From a virus (Duplodnaviria; Caudoviricetes), in IMG/VR virus record IMGVR_UViG_3300014208_000002, positions 32,001-96,000 of that record: a stretch of DNA of 64,000 bases, one strand, 5' to 3'. This document shows positions 46,741 to 56,357 of this stretch, piece after piece. Each line of letters starts with the position of its first letter. Within the stretch, counting starts at the first letter, position 1. The notes below the pieces were generated by a model, which did no database searches, was not told the origin of the DNA, and saw nothing but the letters and a program-made list of their open reading frames with translations. A program made the position numbers and the translations under genes.

Positions 46741-47129
46741 TTATATATGCTCCAAAAGGATTTTGGTAGAAATATATTTTCTACTTCTTTAGCTTCCTTA
46801 AAGAGTGGTGCCATTTGTGATACTTTAAAACCGGCGAGTCCACAGCCAACTTCGGTGACAAGGAAATTCAAATGAGGTCTTGATATTGCAAAAAGAATAA
46901 AGTCATTTACATATTCTTGAATCATTTCAAGCGATAGCTGTTCAAGATACTTATTAAGAGTAGGAATAGCATAAGTCTGCCCAAAGAGTCCTACACCTTG
47001 CCCATAAACTGCGCCCCACTTTAATGCAGTCTTCGCCGCTCCAGCACCGTGCCTTCCACCTGTATTACTTCCAAAGCAAAAGATTTCATTAGGAGATAAT
47101 TCCGTAATTAACTGAGGGGATATTCTCAT
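46737..47129 (-). CDS. Conserved phage protein (A1S_2505-like from memory; macrodomain-like Gly-rich loop)
   Basis: IFCFGSN..GRHGAGAAKTA...GA.YG.G.GL.GQTYAIPT...F.VTEVGCGLAG. Confidence 0.65.
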   Translation of the reverse strand: MRISPQLITELSPNEIFCFGSNTGGRHGAGAAKTALKWGAVYGQGVGLFGQTYAIPTLNKYLEQLSLEMIQEYVNDFILFAISRPHLNFLVTEVGCGLAGFKVSQMAPLFKEAKEVENIFLPKSFWSIYK

Positions 47130-47305
47130 GACACATCCTTTATGTCTATAATCTTATCAGATTGTTGATTTACAATTTCTTCCCAAGTTCTTTTTCGTAT
47201 TTCATAATTGTATCCAAACAAATTCATATCAGTCCTATCAAAGATTGTTAATGATCCTTCAAGCACTCTAATTAAAACTGATAACTGTTTTTCTGTTATT
47301 TTCAT
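47126..47305 (-). CDS. Small hypothetical protein (59 aa, absent from the ORF track)
   Basis: GGAGG SD; stop overlaps the next ATG. Confidence 0.55.
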   Translation of the reverse strand: MKITEKQLSVLIRVLEGSLTIFDRTDMNLFGYNYEIRKRTWEEIVNQQSDKIIDIKDVS

Positions 47306-47331
47306 ATTATAAAAATCCTCCCTATAAAAAT

Positions 47332-47367
47332 AAAGCCCATAAAGAATCTTCTCTCTATGGGCTTTTT
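47332..47367. terminator. Probable bidirectional intrinsic terminator
   Basis: AAAGCCCATA/TATGGGCTTT stem with A/T runs on both sides. Confidence 0.7.
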
Positions 47368-47381
47368 TAAGAAATAAAAAA

Positions 47382-47696
47382 TTACTTTGCCTTCTTGGGC
47401 TTTGTTTCAGTTTTCGTCTTAGGCTTCGCAGGAGTTTTCTTTATAGGAGCCTTTGGCTTTACTGGAGCCTTTGTAGCCTTCTTGGTAGGAGTCTTTGGAG
47501 AAGCTACTTTGCTATTCTTCTTAGGCGGAACCTTAGCCTTAGTTGGAAGAGCGTTTGAAACATCTTCAAAAAAAGATTCAATTGCTTCTCTATTCTCAAA
47601 GCCAAATCCCTGTAGAAGAATATCTTCATCCTTTTGTTCAGTTCCCTTATAGAGAATATAATCCCAATCCTCTTCTCCTGCAATAATTACAAGCAT
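47382..47696 (-). CDS. Protein with histone H1-like Lys/Pro/Ala/Thr tail
   Basis: C-terminal PTKAKVPPKK...KKATKAPVKPKAPIKKTPAKPKTK. Confidence 0.65.
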   Translation of the reverse strand: MLVIIAGEEDWDYILYKGTEQKDEDILLQGFGFENREAIESFFEDVSNALPTKAKVPPKKNSKVASPKTPTKKATKAPVKPKAPIKKTPAKPKTKTETKPKKAK

Positions 47697-47698
47697 TA

Positions 47699-47944
47699 TT
47701 ATTCCTCCTTTATAGATTCAAATATTGTTACAATCTCATCCAAAGGGTCATCTCCATTTTCATGGAGAACCTTCCAATACCGATATGCGGCAGAAAGAGA
47801 CTTCTTATCAGTTTGAAGTACATCTGCCATCGTCTTTATAAGCTCTGTATTAGAACTATTAAGTGCCTTAGCATTTTCCTTATTCTCATAGATAGTCTTG
47901 AAGGCTTCTATGAGTTGCTTCTTGAGATTGTCGTCAATTACCAT
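47699..47944 (-). CDS. Small helical protein, T4 DsbA / GapR-like DNA-binding candidate
   Basis: Amphipathic helices LKKQLIEAF...ELIK.MAD.L..DKKSL..A. Confidence 0.4.
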   Translation of the reverse strand: MVIDDNLKKQLIEAFKTIYENKENAKALNSSNTELIKTMADVLQTDKKSLSAAYRYWKVLHENGDDPLDEIVTIFESIKEE

Positions 47945-48302
47945 TATAACCTTCCTTAAAGTATTTTTCAGCCCTAGTTTTCATAGCAGAGAGTTCCTGC
48001 ATAACCATCAGAAGCTTGGGAAAAGTTTTCTCTACAAGCCAGGGGTCAGGAAAAGTACCAAAACGAGTAGAGACTTTGGATTTAAAATCTTCTGCCCAAT
48101 GATCGTACCCTCGCTCTGCCTTTCTTACTGCCTTTCCAATAGCAGTATCTTCATCAAAGAGTTCATAGCAACCTCCTGAACCCCTCCATTCCATGTCAAG
48201 ATCGTGAAGGATACTCCAACCGATACGATTCTTGTCAAGGGCTACGACGACACCGATCTTCCTACGGCTTTCGTCCCGAAGATACTTTACGAGCATTCGC
48301 AT
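47934..48302 (-). CDS. Hypothetical early protein
   Basis: AAGGAG SD; directly behind a consensus promoter; GC-richer. Confidence 0.65.
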   Translation of the reverse strand: MRMLVKYLRDESRRKIGVVVALDKNRIGWSILHDLDMEWRGSGGCYELFDEDTAIGKAVRKAERGYDHWAEDFKSKVSTRFGTFPDPWLVEKTFPKLLMVMQELSAMKTRAEKYFKEGYNGN

Positions 48303-48329
48303 ATTATATATCTCCTTTCTTACGCTATT

Positions 48330-48358
48330 ATTATAACCGGAAAGCTATAAGAAGTCAA
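48330..48358 (-). promoter_or_regulatory. sigma70-type promoter TTGACT-N17-TATAAT
   Basis: Read directly; TTCCGGT precedes the -10. Confidence 0.85.
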
Positions 48359-50457
48359 ATTATTCTTCCATCAGCAATCTCTATAATTTTTGATCCATAA
48401 GAAAATTCGAACTTTTGTTTTATAGTGTCATTATGAGTAATAATAAATATCTGATTTAGCTCTTCTTTATCTAACATATCATAAAGTACTCGTATAACAG
48501 TCTCCGTTATGCTAGTGGACATATATGCGTCGATTTCGTCTAAAATTAACACCTTTAATCCCGATATCTGTGTAAAGGCGATTTTAGTCGCAAGTTGGAA
48601 TAATGATTGTTCCGCTCCAGAGGCTAAACTAATTTCTTTTTCTCGCTTTCCATACACAATAGCAAGACCATTTTTTGTCTCTGCTATCTTTACATGATAC
48701 CTGCCCTTATATGTTTTGTCAAGAAAAAGATTCATGCCATCTTCAATTTCTTTAGACATTTGAGAAATTATAAAATTGGGAAGTTCTTTTTTAAAGATTA
48801 TAATTCCCCGTTTCCACATCTCTACATCTTCAACAAGGGCGTCTTTATCCTTTTTAAGAGCTATTAACTTTTCTTCGTCCAGTATTTTTTGTTTCTCTGC
48901 TTCTTTATTGTGCTGTTCATAAGAAGTAATTAAGATAAGGGTTTCTTCATACTTTTTAATCAATCCTTCTTTTACCACAATAGCAGAGGTAATTTCATCA
49001 GGAATTTCTACTTTCTCAAGAAGGAGGCTATCCAGTTCTTTAAGAGTAACTTTCTTTTCATCAAGAATAGTTTGGTCAGAGGAAAGCCTACAAAGCAAAT
49101 CAGCTATCTTAGCTCGATTATTTTCAATAAGTGCCTTTCTCATTTCTACTGATGAAAGTTCTGATTCAATTATTTTTTGACGAGCGATAATTTCTTTTTC
49201 ATGAGTAGAAACCATTGTAGCCAAGCTTGTAATCAGATTATTCTTTTCTTGAAGTAATCTTTGCCCTTCTAATAGCTTCTCTTGAACTACCTTTTGCCGA
49301 TCTTCTAATCCAGAAACATCTTTTTCCAATACTGGAATAGATAGTTTCAAATCTTCAATTATTACTCTTGTCTCTTCCAAATCCTCAGAATGATAAGGTC
49401 TTCCACACTCCGAACATTTTCCATTTAATTTATTTTCATAACTTTTTTCAGCGGAAGACAGCATATATTGAGATTTGCGTAACTCATCCGTCTTTTCCTT
49501 AATCTCTTTTTCTAAAGATAGTGGTGGGCGGGAAAGAATAATTTTTTGAATTCTGTTACTTAGTTCTTCCTCCTCCTCTTTAGATTTTATTTTAAATGAG
49601 TCAAGTTCGGATTTAAGAGAACTTATTCTAATAGATATATCCGAAGAAAGAAACTTCTCTGCATCCTCAATGACTATCTGTGTAGTACTGATAGAATCAA
49701 TATCTTTTTGAACGATAACTTCATAAGATTTTATATCATTTACTGTCTTTATCTGCTTTGCTAAATTACTTTCATACTCATTTTTTCTCTGTTGAATTAT
49801 GGAAAGTTTTTCCTTTAAAACTATTAGGGACTCTTTCCAGTCATTGTATTCCTCTTCAGAGAAAACTAAATCAGGAATAACCTTAAATAAATATTCTTTG
49901 TTTTCCAAAATAAGAATGTCTTTCTCAAGAGCGGTTATTTTAATAGTCAAAGAGGCTATATCATTTTCTAATGCTTCTGCTTGTGAACTAAAATCTAAAT
50001 TATATATTTTCTTTAAATTTTCTCTTCGGTCGGTAGGTGTGGCCTTTACTACATCATTCTCTCCCTGTGTATGAATCATAGAAGCTTTACAAAGAGAAGG
50101 ATCAAAAAGACTATAAAGTCGCTCGTTCACTGGAGTAGCGCCTTTTATTTTTTCAGTCGTTCCTATAGTTAATATCTTATCAGTTTTATTAGTCTTTCGC
50201 TCAAAAGAGTTTTCAATAGAGTAAGGGATATTTTCGTGGGAAAAGTGTATATAAGCATTGAAAGTCTCTGCATCCCAATTAAGTAAATCTTCTATTGTCT
50301 TTGGAATATGATTATTAAGAAGATAGGGAAATGAATTAAATATAGAAGATTTCCCACTACCATTTTCACCAATGATTACATTAAATCCTTTTTGAAAATT
50401 GATGTCTATATTTTTTGTGAATTGAAAATTGGTTAGTCTAACTTTATCAATAATCAA
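48355..50457 (-). CDS. sbcC: SbcC/Rad50-like SMC ATPase (T4 gp46-like)
   Basis: GENGSGKSS, coiled coils with central zinc hook CSECG, LASGAEQ, ILDEID, FIITH. Confidence 0.9.
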   Translation of the reverse strand: MIIDKVRLTNFQFTKNIDINFQKGFNVIIGENGSGKSSIFNSFPYLLNNHIPKTIEDLLNWDAETFNAYIHFSHENIPYSIENSFERKTNKTDKILTIGTTEKIKGATPVNERLYSLFDPSLCKASMIHTQGENDVVKATPTDRRENLKKIYNLDFSSQAEALENDIASLTIKITALEKDILILENKEYLFKVIPDLVFSEEEYNDWKESLIVLKEKLSIIQQRKNEYESNLAKQIKTVNDIKSYEVIVQKDIDSISTTQIVIEDAEKFLSSDISIRISSLKSELDSFKIKSKEEEEELSNRIQKIILSRPPLSLEKEIKEKTDELRKSQYMLSSAEKSYENKLNGKCSECGRPYHSEDLEETRVIIEDLKLSIPVLEKDVSGLEDRQKVVQEKLLEGQRLLQEKNNLITSLATMVSTHEKEIIARQKIIESELSSVEMRKALIENNRAKIADLLCRLSSDQTILDEKKVTLKELDSLLLEKVEIPDEITSAIVVKEGLIKKYEETLILITSYEQHNKEAEKQKILDEEKLIALKKDKDALVEDVEMWKRGIIIFKKELPNFIISQMSKEIEDGMNLFLDKTYKGRYHVKIAETKNGLAIVYGKREKEISLASGAEQSLFQLATKIAFTQISGLKVLILDEIDAYMSTSITETVIRVLYDMLDKEELNQIFIITHNDTIKQKFEFSYGSKIIEIADGRII

Positions 50458-50888
50458 AATTTCCCTCCGGGATAATAGGATAAAAGAACTTTATACATAT
50501 TAGGTGTCAAGAATTTCTTCGCCTCTTGTATTGTAACATATTGGAATTTATCTAACTCAGGAATAAACTTCCAGTCAAATCCTAAACACATAGATTTACA
50601 ATGAAAGGATTGAATAGGGGGAAGATTTATTCTCAGTTCAAACATAAATAAATCTTTATTTGACTGATAGGGTCTTCTTCCTAATGGACTAATTTTCGTT
50701 ATATATTTCTTTGCATCAAATCCCGTTTCTTCATGAAATTCTCGAACAGCACATTGAAGCTCATTCTCAAAAAGATGAATTCCGCCTTTCGGAATATCCC
50801 AATGAACTTGTCCTGTTACATGGCCGATAAGAAACTTTTCATGATCATGTAAAATAATTCCACAAGAACGCTTCATTATATTTTCCAC
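50454..50888 (-). CDS. NUDIX hydrolase
   Basis: Nudix box GGIHLFENELQCAVREFHEETG. Confidence 0.9.
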   Translation of the reverse strand: MENIMKRSCGIILHDHEKFLIGHVTGQVHWDIPKGGIHLFENELQCAVREFHEETGFDAKKYITKISPLGRRPYQSNKDLFMFELRINLPPIQSFHCKSMCLGFDWKFIPELDKFQYVTIQEAKKFLTPNMYKVLLSYYPGGKF

Positions 50889-51052
50889 TCACAGAGATGG
50901 CAATAATGAGTATCAGGATTATGTATTGCTACCCATAGGGGATTGTAAGTACACTGTGCTGGAGTAACAAGCTGAGTACCTCCTATACTTATATTATGCT
51001 CCTCTTTTGGTTTTAGATACATACAATTTTTACAGCTACCTATATTTTCCAT
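50876..51052 (-). CDS. Small Cys-rich hypothetical protein (start MENIGSC)
   Basis: AAGGAG SD right after the tRNA; CKNC...C...C..C. Confidence 0.55.
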   Translation of the reverse strand: MENIGSCKNCMYLKPKEEHNISIGGTQLVTPAQCTYNPLWVAIHNPDTHYCHLCEWKI

Positions 51053-51065
51053 ATTTTCTCCTTTC

Positions 51066-51138
51066 TGCGAGTAGAGGGAATCGAACCCCCAAATACCTGT
51101 TCCGAAGACAGGAGCCATATCCATTAGGCAATACTCGC
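51066..51138 (-). tRNA. trnR-UCG: tRNA-Arg, anticodon UCG (CCA not encoded)
   Basis: Acceptor GCGAGTA/TACTCGC + A73; D arm GCC-TAATGGATAT-GGC with A20; anticodon arm CCTGT-CT-TCG-GA-ACAGG; T arm GGGGG-TTCGATT-CCCTC. Confidence 0.92.
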
Positions 51139-52974
51139 CTATTCAAACAGTAAAAAAGCATCCGATTTACCAGAGAATATTTTATTCCATTCTTCGTTCG
51201 ACAAAATATCTTTCTTCATAAGATTATTATTCAGATTTACCTTCCCGTCAAGTGCATTATCTTGAATAAGTTCCAAAGTTTCATCCATAAGAAGAACATA
51301 TTGTGTTACATCTTTAGTAGAAGTCGCCCTATGATTTCTTCCTATTGACTGAAGATATACTACTGCCGACCAATTCCTATCAAAATGAATCGCAATACTT
51401 GACTCAGGAATATTTACTCCTACACCTAAACAGAGCGGAGAAATTATTGCAAGATTACAATCTTTTGAAGTACGAAAGCGAGTTAGTTCATTATCTCTAT
51501 ACTCTGCTGAGGATAAATCCCCTGTATCCGTTTGTCCATGAATGACAATAGGAACATATTTTTTGTAGTATTCACCCAACAAATCTAAAGTAACAGGATG
51601 TGTACTCCAAATTATTATTTTCTCTCCCTTATGTTCAGCTAACAAATCGTTGACAATAGTTAGCTTTGGATTTTTATTTATCTTCCAATTATTTATTCGT
51701 GTTGTCAAGTCAAAAGACCAAGAAGCATCAAACTTTTCTTTAAGAATAGAGGGGTCACTACACGCCAAAGTAAGGTAGGGAAATTTATTCTTTACTTCCT
51801 TAAAAGTAATACTTCCTTTCTCCTCCTTTATTCGCACAAGTTCCCGAGTAATAACAGCTTGATAAATTTCAAGAAAATCCTTAGAAGGCTCTACATAAAT
51901 CTTTTTGATAATCAAATCGGGAAGATTAGGAAGACATTCTTTCTTGAATCTACGAATAAGAAAAGGCTTTAATTTATCTACAACTTTTTCTACTTCTTTA
52001 ATCTTAAAATAATTTATTGCATACGCAGAAAAACGGTTTCCTATGGAAGCTACCCGTTCCAAAAATTCATAGTAGTCGTCTCCCAGAACACTTTCATCAA
52101 GGAGATTCATCAGACTCCAAACTTCTGTAATATCATTAGGATATGGAGTTGCCGTAAGAATATATCTGTAATCAAAAAACTTCTTATGAAGATTTAGCGT
52201 TTTATATGTCCGGGAGCTATGATTTTTTGCTTTATGACCTTCATCAAGAATTAGACATCGGGAAGTTCCCCACTGTGAAAAATCTATAGGAGGTTTTCTA
52301 TAACCTTTTACACCCTTCTTTCCTCCAGCATCTTGATAGTAATAATCAGAACACAGTATAAAAGTATTATATGTCATTATAATTATTTTTTTATCATTCC
52401 ACTGTTCCATGATATTTCGGTTGTCTTTTATAATAATGAGAATATCTTCATCAGTGAAGTTTCCAAATATCTTTAATTCTCTTTTCCAATTATAGACAGT
52501 TTCAGAAACAGTAACTATTAAAATTTTATCAATTTGATTGTCGGCAAGATAATGACTAAAACCAACTATGGAAATCGGAGTTTTTCCCAAACCTACTTCG
52601 TGTCCACAGATAAGTCTATTTTGCGTTATGAATTTTTTTATATCCTCGGATTGAAAATCTCCAAGCGGAGTAAAATTACATAAGTTAGACCGATACGCCT
52701 TCCGAACAAACTTAGTTTCTTTTTCCCCATATTCATACTTCTTTAGTTTCTCCATAAGAGTATCATCAATTTCTAATGGTTCAATGTCATTTATATCATC
52801 AAGAATAGATAATAATTTTCCAGGAGTCGCTTCCCAAACTTTTCGTGTAATGTCAAAAGAAAAATGATGAAGTTTGAACATTCCTACAAAATTAGTAAAA
52901 TTATTTCCTGAGAATTTTATTTCCGCCTTTTTTGAATCATTATTAAAATCAATAGAGATCATTTTCCTGTCCAC
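51139..52974 (-). CDS. SNF2-family helicase-like ATPase
   Basis: HEVGLGKT, LILDEGH, LTATP..N, LIRRFK, LGVGVNI, QSIGRNHR. Confidence 0.9.
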   Translation of the reverse strand: MDRKMISIDFNNDSKKAEIKFSGNNFTNFVGMFKLHHFSFDITRKVWEATPGKLLSILDDINDIEPLEIDDTLMEKLKKYEYGEKETKFVRKAYRSNLCNFTPLGDFQSEDIKKFITQNRLICGHEVGLGKTPISIVGFSHYLADNQIDKILIVTVSETVYNWKRELKIFGNFTDEDILIIIKDNRNIMEQWNDKKIIIMTYNTFILCSDYYYQDAGGKKGVKGYRKPPIDFSQWGTSRCLILDEGHKAKNHSSRTYKTLNLHKKFFDYRYILTATPYPNDITEVWSLMNLLDESVLGDDYYEFLERVASIGNRFSAYAINYFKIKEVEKVVDKLKPFLIRRFKKECLPNLPDLIIKKIYVEPSKDFLEIYQAVITRELVRIKEEKGSITFKEVKNKFPYLTLACSDPSILKEKFDASWSFDLTTRINNWKINKNPKLTIVNDLLAEHKGEKIIIWSTHPVTLDLLGEYYKKYVPIVIHGQTDTGDLSSAEYRDNELTRFRTSKDCNLAIISPLCLGVGVNIPESSIAIHFDRNWSAVVYLQSIGRNHRATSTKDVTQYVLLMDETLELIQDNALDGKVNLNNNLMKKDILSNEEWNKIFSGKSDAFLLFE

Positions 52975-53171
52975 ACTATTTTAGCGTCGTGACCTTTTCT
53001 TTCACTCTCTATATCTTTTATTATACACCTAAAAGTACTATTCAAAGAATAAAAGGGTCCACACTGACAAAAAGTTCCTCGTATATAAAAAAAGAATACC
53101 CCGTTAGATTCTTCTTTAATATAATATTTTTTTGACTCAGGCATACTTTCTAATTTTTCTTTTAAGCTCAT
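52959..53171 (-). CDS. Hypothetical protein
   Basis: Packed ORF. Confidence 0.5.
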   Translation of the reverse strand: MSLKEKLESMPESKKYYIKEESNGVFFFYIRGTFCQCGPFYSLNSTFRCIIKDIESERKGHDAKIVWTGK

Positions 53172-53389
53172 TATTGTACCTTCTTTCCTTCTTCTATATA
53201 ATCATAAAGAATATTATTTATAGCCATTCCTCCAGCTAAGTAGAGAGGAGTATAGGCTTCTGTACCATAACCCATAGTGTCATAAATAAGATAGCGAAAA
53301 GAGCCATGCTCCTTTGCATTTTTTATGAGACAGGATATAACCCATGCAGTTTGTTCTACAGTTGGTTTTGTAAAATTTCCTTCGGGCAT
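53171..53389 (-). CDS. Hypothetical protein
   Basis: GAGG SD; behind the promoter at 53407-53435. Confidence 0.6.
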   Translation of the reverse strand: MPEGNFTKPTVEQTAWVISCLIKNAKEHGSFRYLIYDTMGYGTEAYTPLYLAGGMAINNILYDYIEEGKKVQ

Positions 53390-53406
53390 AGTTAACCTCT
53401 ATATTA

Positions 53407-53435
53407 AATATACCCGGAAAATTAAAGAAGCTCAA
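53407..53435 (-). promoter_or_regulatory. sigma70-type promoter TTGAGC-N17-TATATT
   Basis: Read directly; TTCCGGG precedes the -10. Confidence 0.55.
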
Positions 53436-53441
53436 TTCATT

Positions 53442-53798
53442 TTAATCTTCTTTTTGGGCGTCCTTTAATCCATTCCGTGCAATAGAGACAAGTTCATCAA
53501 TAAGCTCTCCCAAATCCTTTGCATTTTTATATCCATCGTGGTCAAACCCTATATCAATTATTAACTGTAGTGTATCTGCAAGAATATCTGTTCGTTTACT
53601 TCGTTGTATAGCTATATAATAGCCTTTATCATAATTTCTTTTTCGATCAATGCGAATAAGTTCTGCAATGTAATCGTCTTCTACAGCATCACACATAAGT
53701 TTTGCAATATAATCATTTTTAGGGCGTTCATGATTTTCATGAAGAATAAATTGGGCGAATTCCTCGGGGGAGTAGTCTTTTGAAAAATCAAACAGCAT
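53442..53798 (-). CDS. Hypothetical protein
   Basis: GGAGG SD; ID.G.DHDG motif. Confidence 0.55.
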   Translation of the reverse strand: MLFDFSKDYSPEEFAQFILHENHERPKNDYIAKLMCDAVEDDYIAELIRIDRKRNYDKGYYIAIQRSKRTDILADTLQLIIDIGFDHDGYKNAKDLGELIDELVSIARNGLKDAQKED

Positions 53799-54000
53799 CT
53801 TTCACCTCCGTGAAAATAACATCTTCAAAATTATTTTTACGCTTATCCCGTGCGAAAGCGAGTCGCATATAAATAGTTTCATAGAAAGAATATAGCTTAT
53901 TTATATCAAGTTCCCCCCGTCCATTTAGCATTTGCTGAATAAGTCCTTGGTGAGGTTTTAATATATCTATAGCCATAGTTTCTGCGGGGGAAATTTCCAC
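53788..54000 (-). CDS. Hypothetical protein
   Basis: GTG start with AGGAG SD. Confidence 0.5.
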   Translation of the reverse strand: MEISPAETMAIDILKPHQGLIQQMLNGRGELDINKLYSFYETIYMRLAFARDKRKNNFEDVIFTEVKDAV

Positions 54001-54184
54001 TCTCTGCTCCTTTTGTTTTAGTTTTTATTTCTTGTAACCAGAAGAATAATAATTAAAACTATAACAAAATAATTCATTCGTTTTCTTCCCAAGGAAAAGG
54101 ATCACATATTCCTTCTTCAACAAAAATATTTATAGTGAGGCAACAAAAAACAAGTACTCCTAGAAGAATTAAAAATATGTCCAT

Positions 54185-54556
54185 TTAGTTTTCTTCCTCC
54201 CATACTTCTACATCTATCCATGGTGGATTGTATACGCTTGAAAGATATTTTATATACCCATCTACCTTTTTTTCTATTCTTCGCTTTGCATTTTCAAGAC
54301 ACTGCTTAGGGTTATTTTCAAAATAAACATAATCTACTTCATACCCTGCTTCTATTAAATCACTGGTCAATTTATTTCTTACTTTTTCTTCACAGAAAAC
54401 TGGATGAGAAATCAAAATATTTTTATAATCATCGTTTTCTTTAACATTAAAAAATACATCATCAAACACAGCATCGAACTGACCCATAATTGTTTTTATG
54501 TAAGAAGATTTTCCCGAAGCGGGCAAACCTATAACAAGAGTAGCTTGCTTTTTCAT
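54185..54556 (-). CDS. Small P-loop kinase (AAA_33 / polynucleotide-kinase-like)
   Basis: VIGLPASGKS, VFDD, R, C..NA..R lid. Confidence 0.7.
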   Translation of the reverse strand: MKKQATLVIGLPASGKSSYIKTIMGQFDAVFDDVFFNVKENDDYKNILISHPVFCEEKVRNKLTSDLIEAGYEVDYVYFENNPKQCLENAKRRIEKKVDGYIKYLSSVYNPPWIDVEVWEEEN

Positions 54557-55017
54557 ATAAGCCCCATTTTCGTCATAGAATTATACAAATCTTCCAGGAT
54601 ACAATATATAACTAATTTATTTGAACTATTTCCGTAATATTCATTTTGAGAATAAGTATCTCTTTTAGTTACTTCACTATAAATCATCTTATAGGGAAGA
54701 AAAGATATATTCGGACAAAATATCATCATAATCTTGTCGAAACAAGAATCATATTCAGTCGTTGCTTCTTGAACACCTTCTGGATTGGAATAAGATTGAC
54801 TATCGCCTTCATCTCTATCACCACTTCCCCATGAGCCTATTCCACGAGTTCCCCCAATACATGCCTCTCCAAAGAAACAATAGTCCTCTATATCTTTTTC
54901 TGATTTTTTATTTCCATGACAATAATTATAAGAATCAATTCTTGCCATCAAACGAATCTTTGAATAAAGGTCTATTCCACCATCCTTTATATTTCTTACA
55001 AAGTCTTCAAAGGTCAT
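54553..55017 (-). CDS. Hypothetical protein
   Basis: GG..G..SWG...Y.EYYGN pattern. Confidence 0.55.
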   Translation of the reverse strand: MTFEDFVRNIKDGGIDLYSKIRLMARIDSYNYCHGNKKSEKDIEDYCFFGEACIGGTRGIGSWGSGDRDEGDSQSYSNPEGVQEATTEYDSCFDKIMMIFCPNISFLPYKMIYSEVTKRDTYSQNEYYGNSSNKLVIYCILEDLYNSMTKMGLI

Positions 55018-55020
55018 ATT

Positions 55021-55203
55021 TTACCTCTTTTCCTTATATATGCGAATTCGAGGATCATAATTATCATGATTTATGAGGGATTTTTTTACTGTATCCTCAT
55101 CCATATCCGCCTCAAAAAATACTGTATCATAATACTTTCCATTTAGAAAGACTTCCCAGCCAATATGACTCATATTGTATTTCCTCCCTCCACGCAATCC
55201 CAA
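55021..55203 (-). CDS. Hypothetical protein
   Basis: Packed ORF; true start may be MSHIGW. Confidence 0.5.
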   Translation of the reverse strand: MGLRGGRKYNMSHIGWEVFLNGKYYDTVFFEADMDEDTVKKSLINHDNYDPRIRIYKEKR

Positions 55204-55400
55204 AAAGCATCTTTAACCAATTTAACTTTGCTGTCCACATAGAATGGATCAGCATCCGTTCCGGCTACCTTATTATAAATATCAGGATAGAGCTTATTAA
55301 GAACAATCATAAGAGACTGACCAAAACGAAGCTGAGGATTTTCATTTTTATATTTATAGGCCCCGTTCAACACTTCTTCCCACATTCTGTAAGTTTCCAT
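55170..55400 (-). CDS. Hypothetical protein
   Basis: P.LRFGQ...N...DADPFY.D. Confidence 0.55.
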   Translation of the reverse strand: METYRMWEEVLNGAYKYKNENPQLRFGQSLMIVLNKLYPDIYNKVAGTDADPFYVDSKVKLVKDAFWDCVEGGNTI

Positions 55401-55401
55401 T

Positions 55402-55752
55402 TTAAGCCCTTTCCCTTACATATATTGAAAGAACTTCATCCCTTGTAGCAAAACAAATATAATCTTTCACCTCTTCAAGACTGAGAGGACAATCAGTCCC
55501 TTCCCCCATTGAATCATATCCGAGAAGCACGGCTTTTCCCGCAAGCCAATCTGTTGTTATTTCGGGGAGTCTAAAGAAACTTTCTATGTTTTTAAGAAGA
55601 CCTTCTTCATCAACATAGACTGCAAGACCGGGGGAGATTGAGCCGTTTTCAATATACCCATCAATAAAATAATGAAGCTCTTCTAAATCCCAAGACTTTT
55701 CTACTTCTTCTATCTTTTTTGTTTTAGGGTCAATAGTTATTGCTTTCATCAA
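55402..55752 (-). CDS. DUF3846-like protein (from memory)
   Basis: AITIDP...LEEL...IDGYIE...YVDEEGLLK...F...LAG.AV.LG. Confidence 0.65.
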   Translation of the reverse strand: MMKAITIDPKTKKIEEVEKSWDLEELHYFIDGYIENGSISPGLAVYVDEEGLLKNIESFFRLPEITTDWLAGKAVLLGYDSMGEGTDCPLSLEEVKDYICFATRDEVLSIYVRERA

Positions 55753-55770
55753 TTTCCCCTTTATATAAAA

Positions 55771-55799
55771 ATAATAGACTACTTCTCTTCCTTTGTCAA
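55771..55799 (-). promoter_or_regulatory. sigma70-type promoter TTGACA-N17-TATTAT
   Basis: Read directly. Confidence 0.75.
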
Positions 55800-55872
55800 G
55801 AAGAAAAATAGCCTACTTTTATAGAAAAAGAAATAGCAAGAATGACAAAATAAACAAAAGTGTCCTAATCCT

Positions 55873-56076
55873 TCAGGTAGGGGATTCTGTCCGATAATGA
55901 AGGATAAATACCGATCCAACCTGTTCAACTGCGAAGAATTCAAACTTCGGATTTGCCGCTACAAATTCATTTATTTCCTTTACGATTGACGGATAGGAAA
56001 TACTCCCGCTGACCAGTGTGTGAAAGAGCTTCAACTTTTCCATGTTCTCTCCTTTAGAGTAAAGTGACATTATCAA
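55873..56076 (-). CDS. Hypothetical protein
   Basis: AGGAG SD; probable start MEKLK. Confidence 0.5.
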   Translation of the reverse strand: MIMSLYSKGENMEKLKLFHTLVSGSISYPSIVKEINEFVAANPKFEFFAVEQVGSVFILHYRTESPT

Positions 56077-56347
56077 AAGAATAACTGGTAGTGCTTATTC
56101 CGTTTGGAAAATCTCCGACAAGAATAGTATTAGTATTCTCACAAGGAATAGTTTTATAGGTTCCTGAACCAGAATACCAAGGCGTTACAGGAATAGGATA
56201 GACTGGGTATGGTGTAATGGTTGTCTTTGGTGCAAACATTGTCTCCAGTTTAGCATATAATTCCCGTGCGGCTTTTTCAGTAAGAGTAAGGTACTTGTCT
56301 CCAATTTTAATTCCAACGATGACTTCAACTTCTGTTTTCTCTTCCAT
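56054..56347 (-). CDS. Hypothetical protein
   Basis: GAGGAG SD; Pro/Tyr-rich C-terminal half. Confidence 0.55.
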   Translation of the reverse strand: MEEKTEVEVIVGIKIGDKYLTLTEKAARELYAKLETMFAPKTTITPYPVYPIPVTPWYSGSGTYKTIPCENTNTILVGDFPNGISTTSYSFDNVTLL

Positions 56348-56357
56348 AGCATTCTCC

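Noticed and set aside
51053-51124. N-terminal extension of ORF 50876..51124
   Set aside because: Overlaps the tRNA; the real start is the ATG at 51052 behind AAGGAG
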